The translations under genes were made by a program, and so were the position numbers. A DNA stretch of 63,396 nucleotides, counting the filler, from Octopus bimaculoides (taxonomy: Eukaryota), in assembly GCF_001194135.2 (NCBI RefSeq). It is 4 parts of 4 records of this genome, joined end to end, with 100 filler letters (N's around TTAATTAATTAA, not from the genome) between each part and the next. Parts side by side here need not be neighbours in the genome. Positions count along the whole stretch, not along the records: positions 1 to 19,671 come from NC_068999.1; positions 19,772 to 26,800 come from NC_068983.1; 2 more parts are not named here. The stretch is one strand, 5' to 3'. This document shows positions 12,258-25,569 of this stretch, piece after piece. Positions within the stretch are counted from its first letter, which is position 1, and every line of letters starts with the position of its first letter. Under the pieces are notes generated by a model. It ran no database searches. It saw only the letters and a list, made by a program, of their open reading frames with translations, and was not told where the DNA came from.

Positions 12258-15200
12258 ACTTTCAAAAATGAGTGTAGTATTGTGGTGTGTTCACAAACTG
12301 GAAATTATGCCCGACTTCTGACGTGCATGATAAAATGTGAATGTAGAAAATATTCTGGATAGCGACAAATTATATATTTTCTGACAAATGATAATCCAAA
12401 TATAATTGAAAAGCCGGATAATTTTATCTATAACTATCAGGAAAAGTTGTGCTTCTTGATCTATATTAATTTCAATTGAATATGTATTTTAAAGATTATT
12501 GGGTAATTTTCTAAATATAATGATACGAAATCAGTGATTGCCTCTAAGAGTATTAATTGCTATAACAAAAGATGCCATAAAAATGATTAAAATATATGAA
12601 GGTATACCCGAATGGTCGTTACCTAGTGCATATTCGTTCATTATTAGTAATGTGATGCTGGCGGTGCTGCTTTATCTAGGCCGATACTATTGACAGAAGA
12701 TAAGCCCCTTACAAGAAGCAAAAGAGCTGACGCACGAACGTGGTTAGATGAACTGTGGGGCAAGTCGTAATAAAAATAAATAGGTTATTAATACTTGTCA
12801 GAGAGAGACTATACATGAATGATTATTACTGGATGACGAAAAGAGAAACAAATGTATATACCCATCATCATAAGGAATAGAGAACTTCACATTATGTGGC
12901 ATTTATCATAAATGGATAATAGAATTCATATCCATAAACTATATTCTAAACGAGTAATATTGCCGGTATGTTTAAACAACTTTATTTTGGAGTCGTAATT
13001 TTTTCCACAAATCTATGAGGTGTTAGCTCTATGGCGAATTCGAAGAAAGCAGATGGTGTTTTGGAAAACGGAATGGAGGTAGGAAAGCAAAACATATTGA
13101 GAAAGACCAGAGTCAACTTTCTCTGATTGAAAACAAAAATGTCGAAAAGATAAATGAGGCGTTACAAGAGAAACGTAGGTTGAGTTAAAAGGTGTAAACA
13201 TTCCATAAAAGATTAAAAAAGACACAAATAAAAAAAGAATTAATGAAGGTGACGAGAGAAAAATGTCAATTGCAGATAAGGCACTATAAACACAGGGAAT
13301 GCGTAGAAGCAGTGATAGGAAATTCTCTCGGCACCTAAAGCTCATTATAGGATATCGTTTGTGAAACTAAAGTGAGAACGAGTGAAATGCATACTGCCTA
13401 AATAGTTGGCGTGAGAAACGAAAACAGAAAATACACATAAATTTCTTTAAATATGTTATATATATCAAGATGGAATTGGTCAATGAACTTTGCACATTGA
13501 CCAAATTTCCCGATATGGAGATATCTACGTGATTTACATATAATAATCTGTATGCCAACGTGTGCAAGGAAATTAACGGGTGAATAGAGATCGGGTTTTA
13601 GGTGTGTAAAAAAACGTATTTGGAAGAATAGGTGAATAAGATGTCTGCGAGATGAAATAGTATAGAAGTAATGAGAAAAAGAGAAGTGAAACATTCATGA
13701 CAAGATGATGTTCATATGGTAACGAGGTGCATAGATCAGATATATAAAGTCTGTTGCTGCCAAACTTTTATTTTTATCTGTTTGTCCTATTGTCAACTTA
13801 AACTTTGTAGATACTGCGAAACGTGCGAGTCTACTGCCGTTAGCATTATTTTTTAACAGGAAATCCTCTTCAGAATTCTGAAGTGGAAGGAGTGAACGCC
13901 GAGATTAGTCTGGTAGCCACAATAGTAGAAATGTGAGAGATAACCGCCATTCTGTGTCAGAGACTGGATTTTGATCTACAGCAAATTCATGCCAATCAGT
14001 CAGGTTGCTTTTCCTTCTATGTAACAACAAAAAATTTCCAGACGTGGAAGAATTATTCGACTGCCGGTCTCACGTGAGCTTCTTAGCGATTTAGGTATTG
14101 TTCAAGGGAAAGTGTTTCCGAACATGAGGAAGTTAATCACTTGAATGCAGTCATTCCAGGCAGCTGGAAATCTACCCTCAGAGACACTAGTTGTGATAGA
14201 TGTCTGCCAATTCTGCAGCCAACAAGTTCACTATGAATACATAAAGAAACATAGGATAACGTACACCTATAAAAAAGAAAAAAACGGATGGTAAATCCCT
14301 TACAACCATCCATGCCTTCACGTCTTCAACTTTTTTTTATTTGTTTTACACAGCATTTCTGACTTACATAAATTTCTGTAAGTTAGAAATGATGCCATAC
14401 GTCCTAGTATAAAAAACATTTAGCTACAGAGGAAACGTTCCTGGTCTGCTAAAAATGGTCTTTATGCGAACTTTATCTGGAGTTTAACACCTCCTGTTGA
14501 CTAAATGGTAATTTTGTTGCGTGAAATACGATGACCACGAGATCGATTTCCATCAAAGAATTTATTTATTTACACTATTTTAGTTTGGTGCCTGTGTTGG
14601 CCTTGTATGATTTATATTTAAAATCATAACCATTATTTTTAAATTTTAATAATTCAACATTTTAGATTTAGTTGGAGTCGAAAATATAAAATATAAATAA
14701 TTTTTCAGTATGTTTGATAATATTCGAAGAGTATATCTGCAGCTGTTAATTTATTCTTAAATTGTCTAATATCTATATGTGATAAGTTGGGATTTAGTAC
14801 TGTTCGGTTCTTTTAGTAAAATGTTTATAGAATGCAATTTACCAAGTGAGGATGATACGTTTTATGTACTGTTACGAGTGAGTGAGTGTGTGTGTATACG
14901 TGTGCGTGTGTGTGTGTATGTTCTTGCGCATAAAAGAAGCGCAACGCTAGGTAAAGTAGAGAAATAAACAGTGATTAGTAGACACGGAGACTGAATATAA
15001 ATATTTTAGAGTAGGAAATACTATACAATGCTATGCACTAAAATATTTCAAGAGATATTGTAATTCTCGAGTTAAAACAATAATTTCGATAATAAAACAC
15101 GAGGAATGTATACATTCGCACATACACACTTGAATATATATATGCGTGTGTATGTATATATATNNNNNNNNNNNNNNNNNNNNNNNNNNNNNNNNNNNNN

Positions 15201-16744
15201 NNNNNNNNNNNNNNNNNNNNNNNNNNNNNNNNNNNNNNNNNNNNNNNNNNNNNNNNNNNNNNNNNNNNNNNNNNNNNNNNNNNNNNNNNNNNNNNNNNNN
15301 NNNNNNNNNNATATATACTACATACCTATAGTTATGTGTGTGTATGTGTGCACTATGAATCTATCTCTGTAAATATATACGAATATAAATTGAAAGAATA
15401 AGGATCCATTTATACAATTTCCTAAAGTTTGCTACTAAGAATTTATGAATATGAGATGAAGTTAAAATATATTTAATAGCACTAACCTCTTTAAATCTAT
15501 ACTCAATTATTATAGCAATGTTGATGTTGTAGTTGTTGTCGTCGAGTTCATAGCAGTCGTTGTTGTAGCAGTAGAGGTGACATTTCAACAAACTATGAAT
15601 GTACATCACTTATAATGGGAACTCATTAGATGTAATGCAGAGAGGAGTAATTAATAAACGTGAAACAGTATCAATACTGCTGTACGCATATATACACACA
15701 CAAATGCACGCACACATATGTTTGCATAAATATAGCGCTACAGTGACATATGCAAATATTCACGTAGGTAGATATAGTCATTGTTAGTCTTGATTAATAT
15801 GAAGATGCTTGTTCAAACACACATACATACACACATATTCACACACACTCGCGCGTACACACACACAGATAAGATTTAATCACCGTACCTAATATGGAGA
15901 CTACAAACCTATTTCCAGTCACACTGGCAGGGATTGACGCTATTTCTCCCACAAATTTGTTGTTTCAGATGTTTACTTCCTTAAATTGTTTTTGTTTTTG
16001 TTTAACTGATGACAAAGAATACGAAATTTAGTTTAAAGAAAATCCCATTTCTACTGTTTCATTCTACTGGTCATTCACTTTCAGTTATTTGTTTGAATGA
16101 TACAAATATGGCGTTTCCAGAATTCCTTTGGCTTTAATCACGCTACATCTGATGCGTTTAACCGCATAATGAATTGGCTTTTAATGAATCGTTCATAATT
16201 TATAGAAGCGTCTCTTCAAGTGTTAATAATTTCTTTTTTCCTTCTGCGATTTGTTTCGTTGTTTCGTCTTGATTTGCAGTTGAATGTCTACGTCCCTAGG
16301 TATATAAATAGGTGGAGTCTATTATCTTAAAAATCACAACGTTTTCAAATTTAATGCTTCCTATGGATTTGTTCTGGACCGAAAGATAACGAAGAGACAA
16401 TCACACATTCATAGCCTATTTGATTTGAAAACATAACAACTATGTAGTTATCTATGGCAAATACTGTGTTCATACCAAAAATGATGTAGACCTCGGAGAA
16501 TAAATAGAACGATTAATAATGATAAATCTTATGTATTTTCTCAATCTATTATAAGTTCTGTTCAAATAAAGACAAGATCCTATTCATTGCCACCCAGTAT
16601 TCATTGCCACAAAGAACACAAATCATTTGTGAGGAAGAAAAGTAAAACGAAGCTATATATTCACATGTATATAGGGGATACTAGACGTTTGAAGTCTGGC
16701 GTTATGAGTGTAACTTTATTATACGGCATGAGTATTCGATAATG

Positions 16745-16950
16745 GTCTGGCGAGCTGTCAGAGTCGTTACTGTGCCGGACAATATGCTTAGCACCGTTTC
16801 GTCCGTCTTTATGTTCTCAGTCAATTCCTTCCGGCGGCGACTTTCCCTTTCGTCCTTTCAGGGTCGACAAATTAAGTACCAGTGGAAGCATTGTGTTACT
16901 ATAATCGATTACATCCTCATCCCAAATTGCAGACCTTGTGCCATAATTTG
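16745..16950 (+). mobile_element. tRNA-derived SINE, family B
   Basis: ggcgagctg...cttagcaccgtttcgtcc...gttctcagtcaattcc...cgactttccctttc...gggtcgacaaattaagtaccag; the same body recurs at 19000, 21270, 42985, 57160 and 61020. Confidence 0.8.
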
Positions 16951-17082
16951 AAATGATAATTTAACGTTAACTGTTATACCTCGTCAAATGCAGTTTAAAC
17001 GAACTCTTTGGAATTTGGCTACGCAATTAGAAGTACCGGGATTCGATGTCACTTCGTGATATCTTGGTCAGGTAATTCTTAC

Positions 17083-17301
17083 TCTAACCTCAGAACGAGG
17101 TCATATCTGTGATTATGATTGGGTAAACGAAAGCTGTGTAAAACCCCGATGAACTGGTTTCCTTTGCAGTTTAAATGTTTCTTCTTGCCACAAGCTGCGT
17201 CATGCTGATACAGCTTGATAAAGAGGTTAATGGTAGTCCTGTCTAAGAATAACAGTGCCTTTAACTGAGAAATAGATAAAAATTCACACACTGGTTCAAG
17301 G
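17083..17301 (-). CDS. Candidate internal exon of an unidentified gene (219 nt, symmetric phase 2-2)
   Basis: Minus-strand acceptor ttttttttccacag and donor gtaaga. One frame is open throughout: LEPVCEFLSISQLKALLFLDRTTINLFIKLYQHDAACGKKKHLNCKGNQFIGVLHSFRLPNHNHRYDLVLRL. No protein family recognised. Confidence 0.3.
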
Positions 17302-18600
17302 CTGTGGAAAAAAAACCGAGACTCGTAACTGTGATCATCTCATATCAGGGATGTGAACTTACACCGATATTAGAACAGATATTATTCTATTTCCTTTGAC
17401 AGCATATGCTACCTTCTATGTTATTACGTGTGTATTTAATAATTTAGAAGAAATCATGATTTAATTTAGTAAAATATAGCAGTCACAATTAGAATATTCG
17501 GCGCCAAATCAAATCTCGCGTGGAATATATTCAAAGAAATAAAAAAATTATTGAGAGATATCGAAATTGTTGTTAACTCACAATTATATTATTTTAGATG
17601 GTGTTAAAAAGATGTGTTTCATGTGAGATGTTGGTAAAATCAGTTGAGGAGCAGACGACAAATGTTTTTTTTTTTCTTACCTTTTACCTTCAGATGACGC
17701 CAAGTTCATATTTCACTTTCATGCGTCCGAATTTTAGATTAGAATTCATGTGTTAATCATAATACAATCACACAGGCATAGACATACAAACTAAAACAGT
17801 CGTGTGTAAGCATGCCCATTTAGATATATACATACATACATACAAACATACATACATACATACATACGTATATANNNNNNNNNNNNNNNNNNNNNNNNNN
17901 NNNNNNNNNNNNNNNNNNNNNNNNNNNNNNNNNNNNNNNNNNNNNNNNNNNNNNNNNNNNNNNNNNNNNNNNNNNNNNNNNNNNNNNNNNNNNNNNNNNN
18001 NNNNNNNNNNNNNNNNNNNNNNNNNNNNNNNNNNNNNNNNNNNNNNNNNNNNNNNNNNNNNNNNNNNNNNNNNNNNNNNNNNNNNNNNNNNNNNNNNNNN
18101 NNNNNNNNNNNNNNNNNNNNNNNNNNNNNNNNNNNNNNNNNNNNNNNNNNNNNNNNNNNNNNNNNNNNNNNNNNNNNNNNNNNNNNNNNNNNNNNNNNNN
18201 NNNNNNNNNNNNNNNNNNNNNNNNNNNNNNNNNNNNNNNNNNNNNNNNNNNNNNNNNNNNNNNNNNNNNNNNNNNNNNNNNNNNNNNNNNNNNNNNNNNN
18301 NNNNNNNNNNNNNNNNNNNNNNNNNNNNNNNNNNNNNNNNNNNNNNNNNNNNNNNNNNNNNNNNTATATATATATACATATATATATATATATAGATATA
18401 CATATATGTCTCATAGTGACCCACACTCATTTTATATGAGTATTACATCAAAGTACATGTGTGTATTGAAGGATTGTCCAGTCATTTACACTTACATTTA
18501 ATGTACAGTTAGTTCAGTTGAAATAAACAATGGAATAAGCAATGAAGAACGCGATGATAGCCAAGACAGAATATATTTCCCGCAAGAGATTTAAACTTAC

Positions 18601-18678
18601 ATCGAATCTCCGACGGCTATGGCGAGATTTTGCTAAAATATCATCAGTTATATTCAAAAATATGTGATTCTTTAATAA
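18601..18678 (-). CDS. Candidate 78-nt exon (phase 0-0)
   Basis: Acceptor ctactttccag, donor gtaagt, open frame LLKNHIFLNITDDILAKSRHSRRRFD. Could arise by chance. Confidence 0.18.
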
Positions 18679-18999
18679 CTGGAAAGTAGCTATACCTTAC
18701 GAAAAGGTAGTACGTTGCTTTAACATGGACACTAGGTCTTATCCCACGTGTAAAATATATTCAAGGAAATAAAAGTTCATAGAGATTACATAGTCGTTGT
18801 AAAGTAACAATTATTTCTTTCGTTGGAATTTATTTTGATATGTTTAAATATATTTCAAGAAATCGGGAAAATTTGTTGACCGCGGATGCCATATTTTGCT
18901 CTCCTTAGTTAACTCCCTTCATGTAATATCAAATTGATATGTATATGACATCCTTACTTCTGAATGTTCATTTAACAGTGCATTGCAATTGCAATCAAA

Positions 19000-19195
19000 T
19001 TTTGGCAAAAGGCCAGTAATTTCGGGGTAGGAAGTATGTTGATTATATCGACCCCAATGGTATTTTCCTCATCGAGCCCGAGTCGGTGAAAATCAAAGTC
19101 GTCCACAGCGAAACTAGAATTCATAACATTAAGACGGGCGAAATGCCGTTAAGTATTTTGTAAGCCATGGAAAGATTCTGCTAGCTTGCAGCCTT
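19000..19195 (-). mobile_element. SINE family B (diverged)
   Basis: Reverse complement of the family B body: tatatcgacccc...aaagtcgtccacagcgaaactagaattcataac. Confidence 0.75.
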
Positions 19196-19671
19196 AATAG
19201 AGTAACAATTTATTGTTACTTTTAATAATCAAAACACAAATGCGGGAATTATCGTAAGGTGCTAGACGTAAGAATGTCTGATAGAATGTTTTGTGATAGG
19301 CTTCCTGAGTCAATGTTTTTAATTTTTATCTTTATCATTTTACATCGAATCCTACGAAGCCAAAATTGCTTTCCATGTGTCCAAGGTTGATAAAATACAA
19401 GTCTAATGCAATCAACCAGCAGAATGTCGGAAGGAAAGCATGGTAGGATCTGTGATGTATCCGTATTTGTCAGCTTCATAGCCATTTGCGGACAACGTAG
19501 GCAGGTAGGATGGTGGAATAAATCGTGACACTCCGACTAGGTGTTGCGATTGGAAAGTAGTATGTATAATGCGAATTTAACTCGGACAATTACTGCAGCA
19601 ATCGCCCGATATGTATGTATGTACATACATACATATATACTTGTATGTATGTATGAATATATATATATATA

Positions 19672-19771
19672 NNNNNNNNNNNNNNNNNNNNNNNNNNNNN
19701 NNNNNNNNNNNNNNNTTAATTAATTAANNNNNNNNNNNNNNNNNNNNNNNNNNNNNNNNNNNNNNNNNNNN
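19672..19771. other. Artificial 100-bp scaffold spacer 44N-TTAATTAATTAA-44N (also at 26801-26900 and 44964-45063)
   Basis: The same 44+12+44 layout occurs three times, and TTAATTAATTAA puts stop codons in all six frames. Confidence 0.95.
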
Positions 19772-19825
<54 letters not shown>

Positions 19826-20996
19826 ACATATACATACATTTATAATAAGGCTGGTTTATTCAAAATTTTTCAACCGAAAGGAAGAAATATATAATTCACT
19901 AAAGTGAATAACGGCACTATTAACACCAATAATGCTAGAAATAAGAGCCAAAACAGCTCATAACCTCTAGAAAGCACTTATCTTAATGACTGACGAGAGA
20001 GGCAAGCCCCCTCATCACCAAGTATGGTCAGATCACCAGCGATTTCGGATTTTTATCAACCTTCGACAGTGGCTTTCACTCAGCACCTAGGATTAATCTC
20101 AACTCGTCTTGTCAGTTTATAAGGTTTCCGTAGGAGACACGCTGATTTCATAAATGGTAAAAGTGAAAATTACAAATAGTAAGGGTGGATTATTCGCTAT
20201 CTGGTTATGCCCGGATGCTGAGGGAGCTTGCCTCCCTCGTCACTCATTAAGATCAGTTGTTTTGAATCTTATTTTTAGCAATAACGATGATGTCTAGTGT
20301 CCTTAGTCACTTTAGCGACACTCGCACACACACAAACACACACATATACCACACACACATATATATGTGTACATTATGCAAATGTATATAGGTATATATA
20401 TAACACATTCATATACACATACATTATATACATGTAAACGTATGACCCGCACCTACATTTATATATATATATATATATATNNNNNNNNNNNNNNNNNNNN
20501 NNNNNNNNNNNNNNNNNNNNNNNNNNNNNNNNNNNNNNNNNNNNNNNNNNNNNNNNNNNNNNNNNNNNNNNNNNNNNNNNNNNNNNNNNNNNNNNNNNNN
20601 NNNNNNNNNNNNNNNNNNNNNNNNNNNNNNNNNNNNNNNNNNNNNNNNNNNNNNNNNNNNNNNNNNNNNNNNNNNNNNNNNNNNNNNNNNNNNNNNNNNN
20701 NNNNNNNNNNNNNNNNNNNNNNNNNNNNNNNNNNNNNNNNNNNNNNNNNNNNNNNNNNNTATATATATATATATATATATCACCACGTATTTAACTCAAA
20801 TTAATAAGTCTGCTAACGTAAAAGCAAGGCAAAGTGCGATTTTAAATCAGTCCTCTTGTGTATGTACGTCATTTTCCAAATTTATATTTATATATTCAAG
20901 TATGCCTCAGGCAAACTGCAAACATGATCGGTTCTATACTCCACACTCAGAAATACACGTACACTGATACATATCTACCTAACTACACATACCTGC

Positions 20997-21027
<31 letters not shown>

Positions 21028-21269
21028 CACACACATATATACATACACATACGCATATATGAGTGTGTGTGTGTGAGAGCCCGATATTATTGCTGATTTT
21101 AACATGTACATACGCATTTTAAACAAATCAAAGATTAATGTACATATTAATAAGTAGATATTTAAAAGTGGGTATTCATATCATTGCATTTGAAACCAAA
21201 CATTACCTAATTATACGTTTGGAAATAAGTGCTTCTCTGTAAAATAATTGATTATTTACAATGTTTAGA

Positions 21270-21405
21270 GAGGCAATATTAAGTTCAGCACGGCGGGCGA
21301 AATGTTTAGCTGTATTTTGACTGCCGTTACGTTCTGAGTTCAAACTCCGCCGAGGTTGACTTTGCCTTTCATCTTTTCGGGATCGTTTCAATATATAATA
21401 CACCG
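21270..21405 (+). mobile_element. SINE family B (partial)
   Basis: gcacggcgggcgaaatgtttagc...gttctgagttcaaactccgccgaggttgactttgcctttcatc; B-box-like GAGTTCAAACTC. Confidence 0.8.
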
Positions 21406-21609
21406 ATAATGTATACATGTATATACGTACATACGTGTGTGAATGTGTTTGTGTGTGTGTGTGTGCGTGTGTGTGTGTGTGTATAATTGATTTCGGCGAG
21501 TAGTGGATGTAAAGGTGAAGTAAATATATAGAGATGTACATATGTGTAGGAATCGCAGCGATAAATCACTGTGTGAGTAGGTCTGTGTATCTTCCTATCT
21601 CACTCTCTG

Positions 21610-21675
<66 letters not shown>

Positions 21676-21676
21676 C

Positions 21677-21710
<34 letters not shown>

Positions 21711-21997
21711 AAATGTAGTGATATGCAAGTTAATTAGATCAAAATATACTGCATATTAAGAACATGGAATATAGAAAATGTATACTTATTTACATACCGT
21801 ACGAAAATATCCGACTGACACAGAACACAACTCACATAGTAAATTAAAAGTGTTGAAGAATGATATTACAAATCCAACAGCTGCTTTTGGTAGGAACGGG
21901 GTTCCTAAATAATTTTTGTAGATTGATGACATCGTAAGATTAGACAAATCTCCGTCTTCAGGGATGAAATCTTGAAAGAAAGGAATTCAAGTGTATA

Positions 21998-22410
21998 TTC
22001 TTTTATTCTTTCTTTTATTCTTTTACTTGTTTCACCCATATGATTGCGGCCATGCTGGAGTACTGCCTTTAGTCGAACAAATCGACCCCAAGACTTATTC
22101 TCTGTAAGCTTAATAGTTATTCTATCGTCTCTTCTGCTGAACTGATAATTTACGGGGAAGTAAACACACTAACACTGGTGGTCAAGTGATGGTGGAGGTG
22201 GGTGGGCAGGGGGAAAATACAGACACACATACATAAATTAAATACACACGCACATACGACGGGATTCTTTCAGTTTCCATCTATCAGATCCACTCACAAA
22301 GCTTTAGTCGGCCCGAGGATACAGTAGAAGACACTTGCCCGAGATGCGACGCAGTGAGACCGAACCCAGAACCATGAGGTTGGGAAGCAAGCTACTGACC
22401 ACACAGCCAC
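21998..22410 (-). mobile_element. tRNA-derived SINE, family A (near full length)
   Basis: Reverse complement of gtggctgtgtgg...ttgggcaagtgtcttctac...ggaaactgaaagaa...[microsatellite]...cagcatggccgca...gaaacaagtaaaaga tail. Confidence 0.9.
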
Positions 22411-22430
22411 ATACACTGTTATAATTATAC

Positions 22431-22632
22431 CTTTTACTTGTCTCATACATTACACTGTGGCCATGCTGGGGCACGGCCTTGAAATAAATTTATTCTGAAT
22501 CATCAACATGAGTACTTATCTTATGAAAGCCTAGTACTAACGCTGACTTTTGTCGAACTTCTCGTTTGCGGGATGTAAACACACCAACACCGATTGTCAG
22601 GCGGGAACAAGTACAAAGACAAACACACACAC
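22431..22632 (-). mobile_element. SINE family A, 3' half only
   Basis: cttttacttgtc...gtggccatgctggggcac...acaccaacaccgattgtcag. Confidence 0.75.
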
Positions 22633-22669
22633 TATCGAGTGTCGTTATACATCGCGATTCCCAATTCAT

Positions 22670-22721
<52 letters not shown>

Positions 22722-22730
22722 TAGATGAAG

Positions 22731-23162
22731 TATGTTTGTCATATTTCAACTGCTAAAGACAAATACACTGCAGTTACCACGGAGAAAAATCTCTCTAATT
22801 TTAAAAAGGTGTGAAAACAGCAGTTCGTTCAGTGTCGCCGTCTGTTACGAATCGCAGACATCAATGTTTCGAGTTGTTTGACTCTTGTCAATGAGATGTA
22901 CCTAAGTGACGCAACTCTGAACGAACTAAATAAAATTTATATATAATTCAACGCGTTGACTGATTTTCACTCATAGTTAACCCAATGGAGATAAATAACG
23001 AAACATTGGCGCAAAGCGATTTTTAGGTCTGGGCACAATTTAGGTTATTTGAAATATGGTTGTCATGTATTTCAACTGCTAGAGGCAAATACACGGCAGT
23101 TTTTCTCCATGGTAACTGCAATGTATTTGCCTTTAGCAGTTGAAATATGTGACAAACATGCC
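22731..23162. mobile_element. MITE-like element with ~55-bp terminal inverted repeats and an extra internal TIR copy
   Basis: 22732-22788 (atgtttgtcatatttcaactgctaaagacaaatacactgcagttaccacggagaaaa) is inverted relative to about 23100-23159. A third copy lies at 23059-23101. No TSD seen. Confidence 0.7.
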
Positions 23163-23266
23163 TGTTCTATAAAGAACTGTGTTATTACATATGTTAAAGT
23201 GGCAAAAAATATTAGTCTACTACTTATATATCGCCTAGAGATTTTAGAACTAGCTACTTTGCCCAC

Positions 23267-23303
<37 letters not shown>

Positions 23304-24272
23304 TTTGTGTGTGCTTTGTGTGTATACATATATATATATATTTATGTATCTGTATACCTATGTTTATATGCATAGCACGCACACATATATATTTAGTTTT
23401 ATTGCACCTGATATGTCAGCGGTCTGTAGGTACGAAATATTAGACTTTGGTATGAGCGATATGTTTAGACATATTGTTGTTTGCATGACTGGATCAGTGA
23501 TTGCGTTTGTTGATTTGTTTGCGTTTGCGTGTATTGATTGGATGCTGTGCTTGTCATCTTTACATTGGTTGTTGAGCTTTTTCTTGTGTTCAGTGCTGTG
23601 TTTGTTTTCCTTGCAATTATTGGTTGGGTGACCGAATATTTAATTTGCTCATGAATTGTTCGTAATGGACTATATTGTCATCTGTATGTGCGTGCAGGTT
23701 TTGTAAAGCGGAGAGGAAGTATTTTGGTATGATCTCAAGTTTAAACCTAATTAATGTTATATCTACCTATTGTAATCCATGACCCTCGTGACTGTGGCTT
23801 TCAGAAGAAGCATTATGTTTTTTTTTTGCCAAAAGATGTGTCCGTGCTTGCGTGTAACCATTTCGTATTTCCTGTCTTTGTATGTATTTAAAATTTAGTA
23901 TATTTGATATGTTTTAAAGAAATATTTCTGTGTATAACTGCGTGTGTTGGGTGAGATGGTCTGACTTTGATATTCTCCTAGAGAACTTAGCCATCATATA
24001 CTCGCACATGTACAATGTTTTCAAAGCATGAAGACAACATTTTGTCTCTAAAATCTCAAACATCTGTAACCACACCAAATACACACATACATACATAACA
24101 ACGAAAAGAGAAAGATAAAAACTGAGATGTTTATACATTACATACATAAACCATTACTATTAAATCATTAACTACATACACACGTTAGCCGCTCGCGTCA
24201 GAACGATTCATTAGAAATATATCTACCAGTAATAGATATACTATAATTAAGTTCAAGGGAGAAAAATACAAA

Positions 24273-24358
24273 TAAATACTTGTACAAAGAGTCACGCGCG
24301 TAAACACTCACATATTAAATACTTGTACAAAGAGTCACGCGCGTAAACACTCACATAT
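24273..24358. repeat. Perfect 43-bp tandem duplication
   Basis: taaatacttgtacaaagagtcacgcgcgtaaacactcacatat occurs twice in tandem. Confidence 0.95.
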
Positions 24359-25535
24359 TAAAAATATATTCTGTAGTCACTGACAAATAACGAATACCTA
24401 TGCAAGCACTCATCCTATATCTGTACAATTATCGTTGCAGCCATAAAAACAAGTATAAACTCTCATCAACACACACGAACTCCACTCGTACACGTATCAA
24501 ACATTCAAAATTCTAAAGAGCTACAAGCGGAGGAAATACAAAACGTCCATATATACATAGACATACAAACATACGCAAAGGTGCACATACACACACATGC
24601 ACACACAAATCACTTTTTCAACATAAACTACAAAATTCAGCCACAATGTCAAAATCTGATGATTTCCATAGAAACTCATCTAGTCATGTACTACTCAATA
24701 GATGTATATCTAAATGTTTTCACATCTAAATCCAATCATAATCAAACCCTCTCAAACCAACATAGTAAGCTAAATGAGCTTACATACATACACATGCAAA
24801 TAGCAAAAAACACCTCCATCAACTTGCGAAATATTCAATAACATTCATAACACGCTTCGCTATTAAAAATGACAAGAAATAGAAACCCCGTATCACGAAA
24901 AAAAAATTATGAAAAGACCGAATCACCAAAAGAGAGTAACCTGAAAATCATTATCTAAACAACAAAAGCAGAATACACCAGGGAAATAACAAAAGCACTA
25001 GATAACACCTGCAAAAGGAATTACAAAGTACAAACATAACATCTCACATAAAAGTAACCGAAGGAATTATTGAAGAGAGCAGAAAGTAAGCCACAATCAA
25101 TAAAAGAGAAGTACAAAGCAGTGAAGAAAAACAAGTTCTAGTCTCTATGCATATTAAATACTTTATAGATACATAATACCAATCATAGGTTGCCTGAAGA
25201 CCGCAGTTGCGAGTGATACGTTTTGCAAAATAAACGATATAGCTAGACGCATATTATCTACAACAATTGGGCACTCGCCGCTCATTCTTCCATAATAAAT
25301 CAAGCTACGTGATACGGCTATGTACACTAGAGACTGACCTCCCTTTACTAGTCATTAATTTAGTGGTTTAGTGGATTTAGAGTTAATTATATATAATTAT
25401 ATAGACAACCGTTGTTGGTGTGTTTCACGCACCATATCGTAGAGGTTCCGCAAAAGAGGTCCAGTAGAATTAGTATGAGCTTTCATTCGACGAAAAATTA
25501 TGAAAGACTGTGCCCCAACATAGCCGCAGTATAAT

Positions 25536-25569
<34 letters not shown>

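Noticed and set aside
19716-19727. TTAATTAATTAA recurring three times inside gaps (also 26845 and 45008), superficially like a regularly placed repeat
   Set aside because: It is always flanked by exactly 44 N on each side (100 bp total) and stops all six frames, so it is an assembly spacer.
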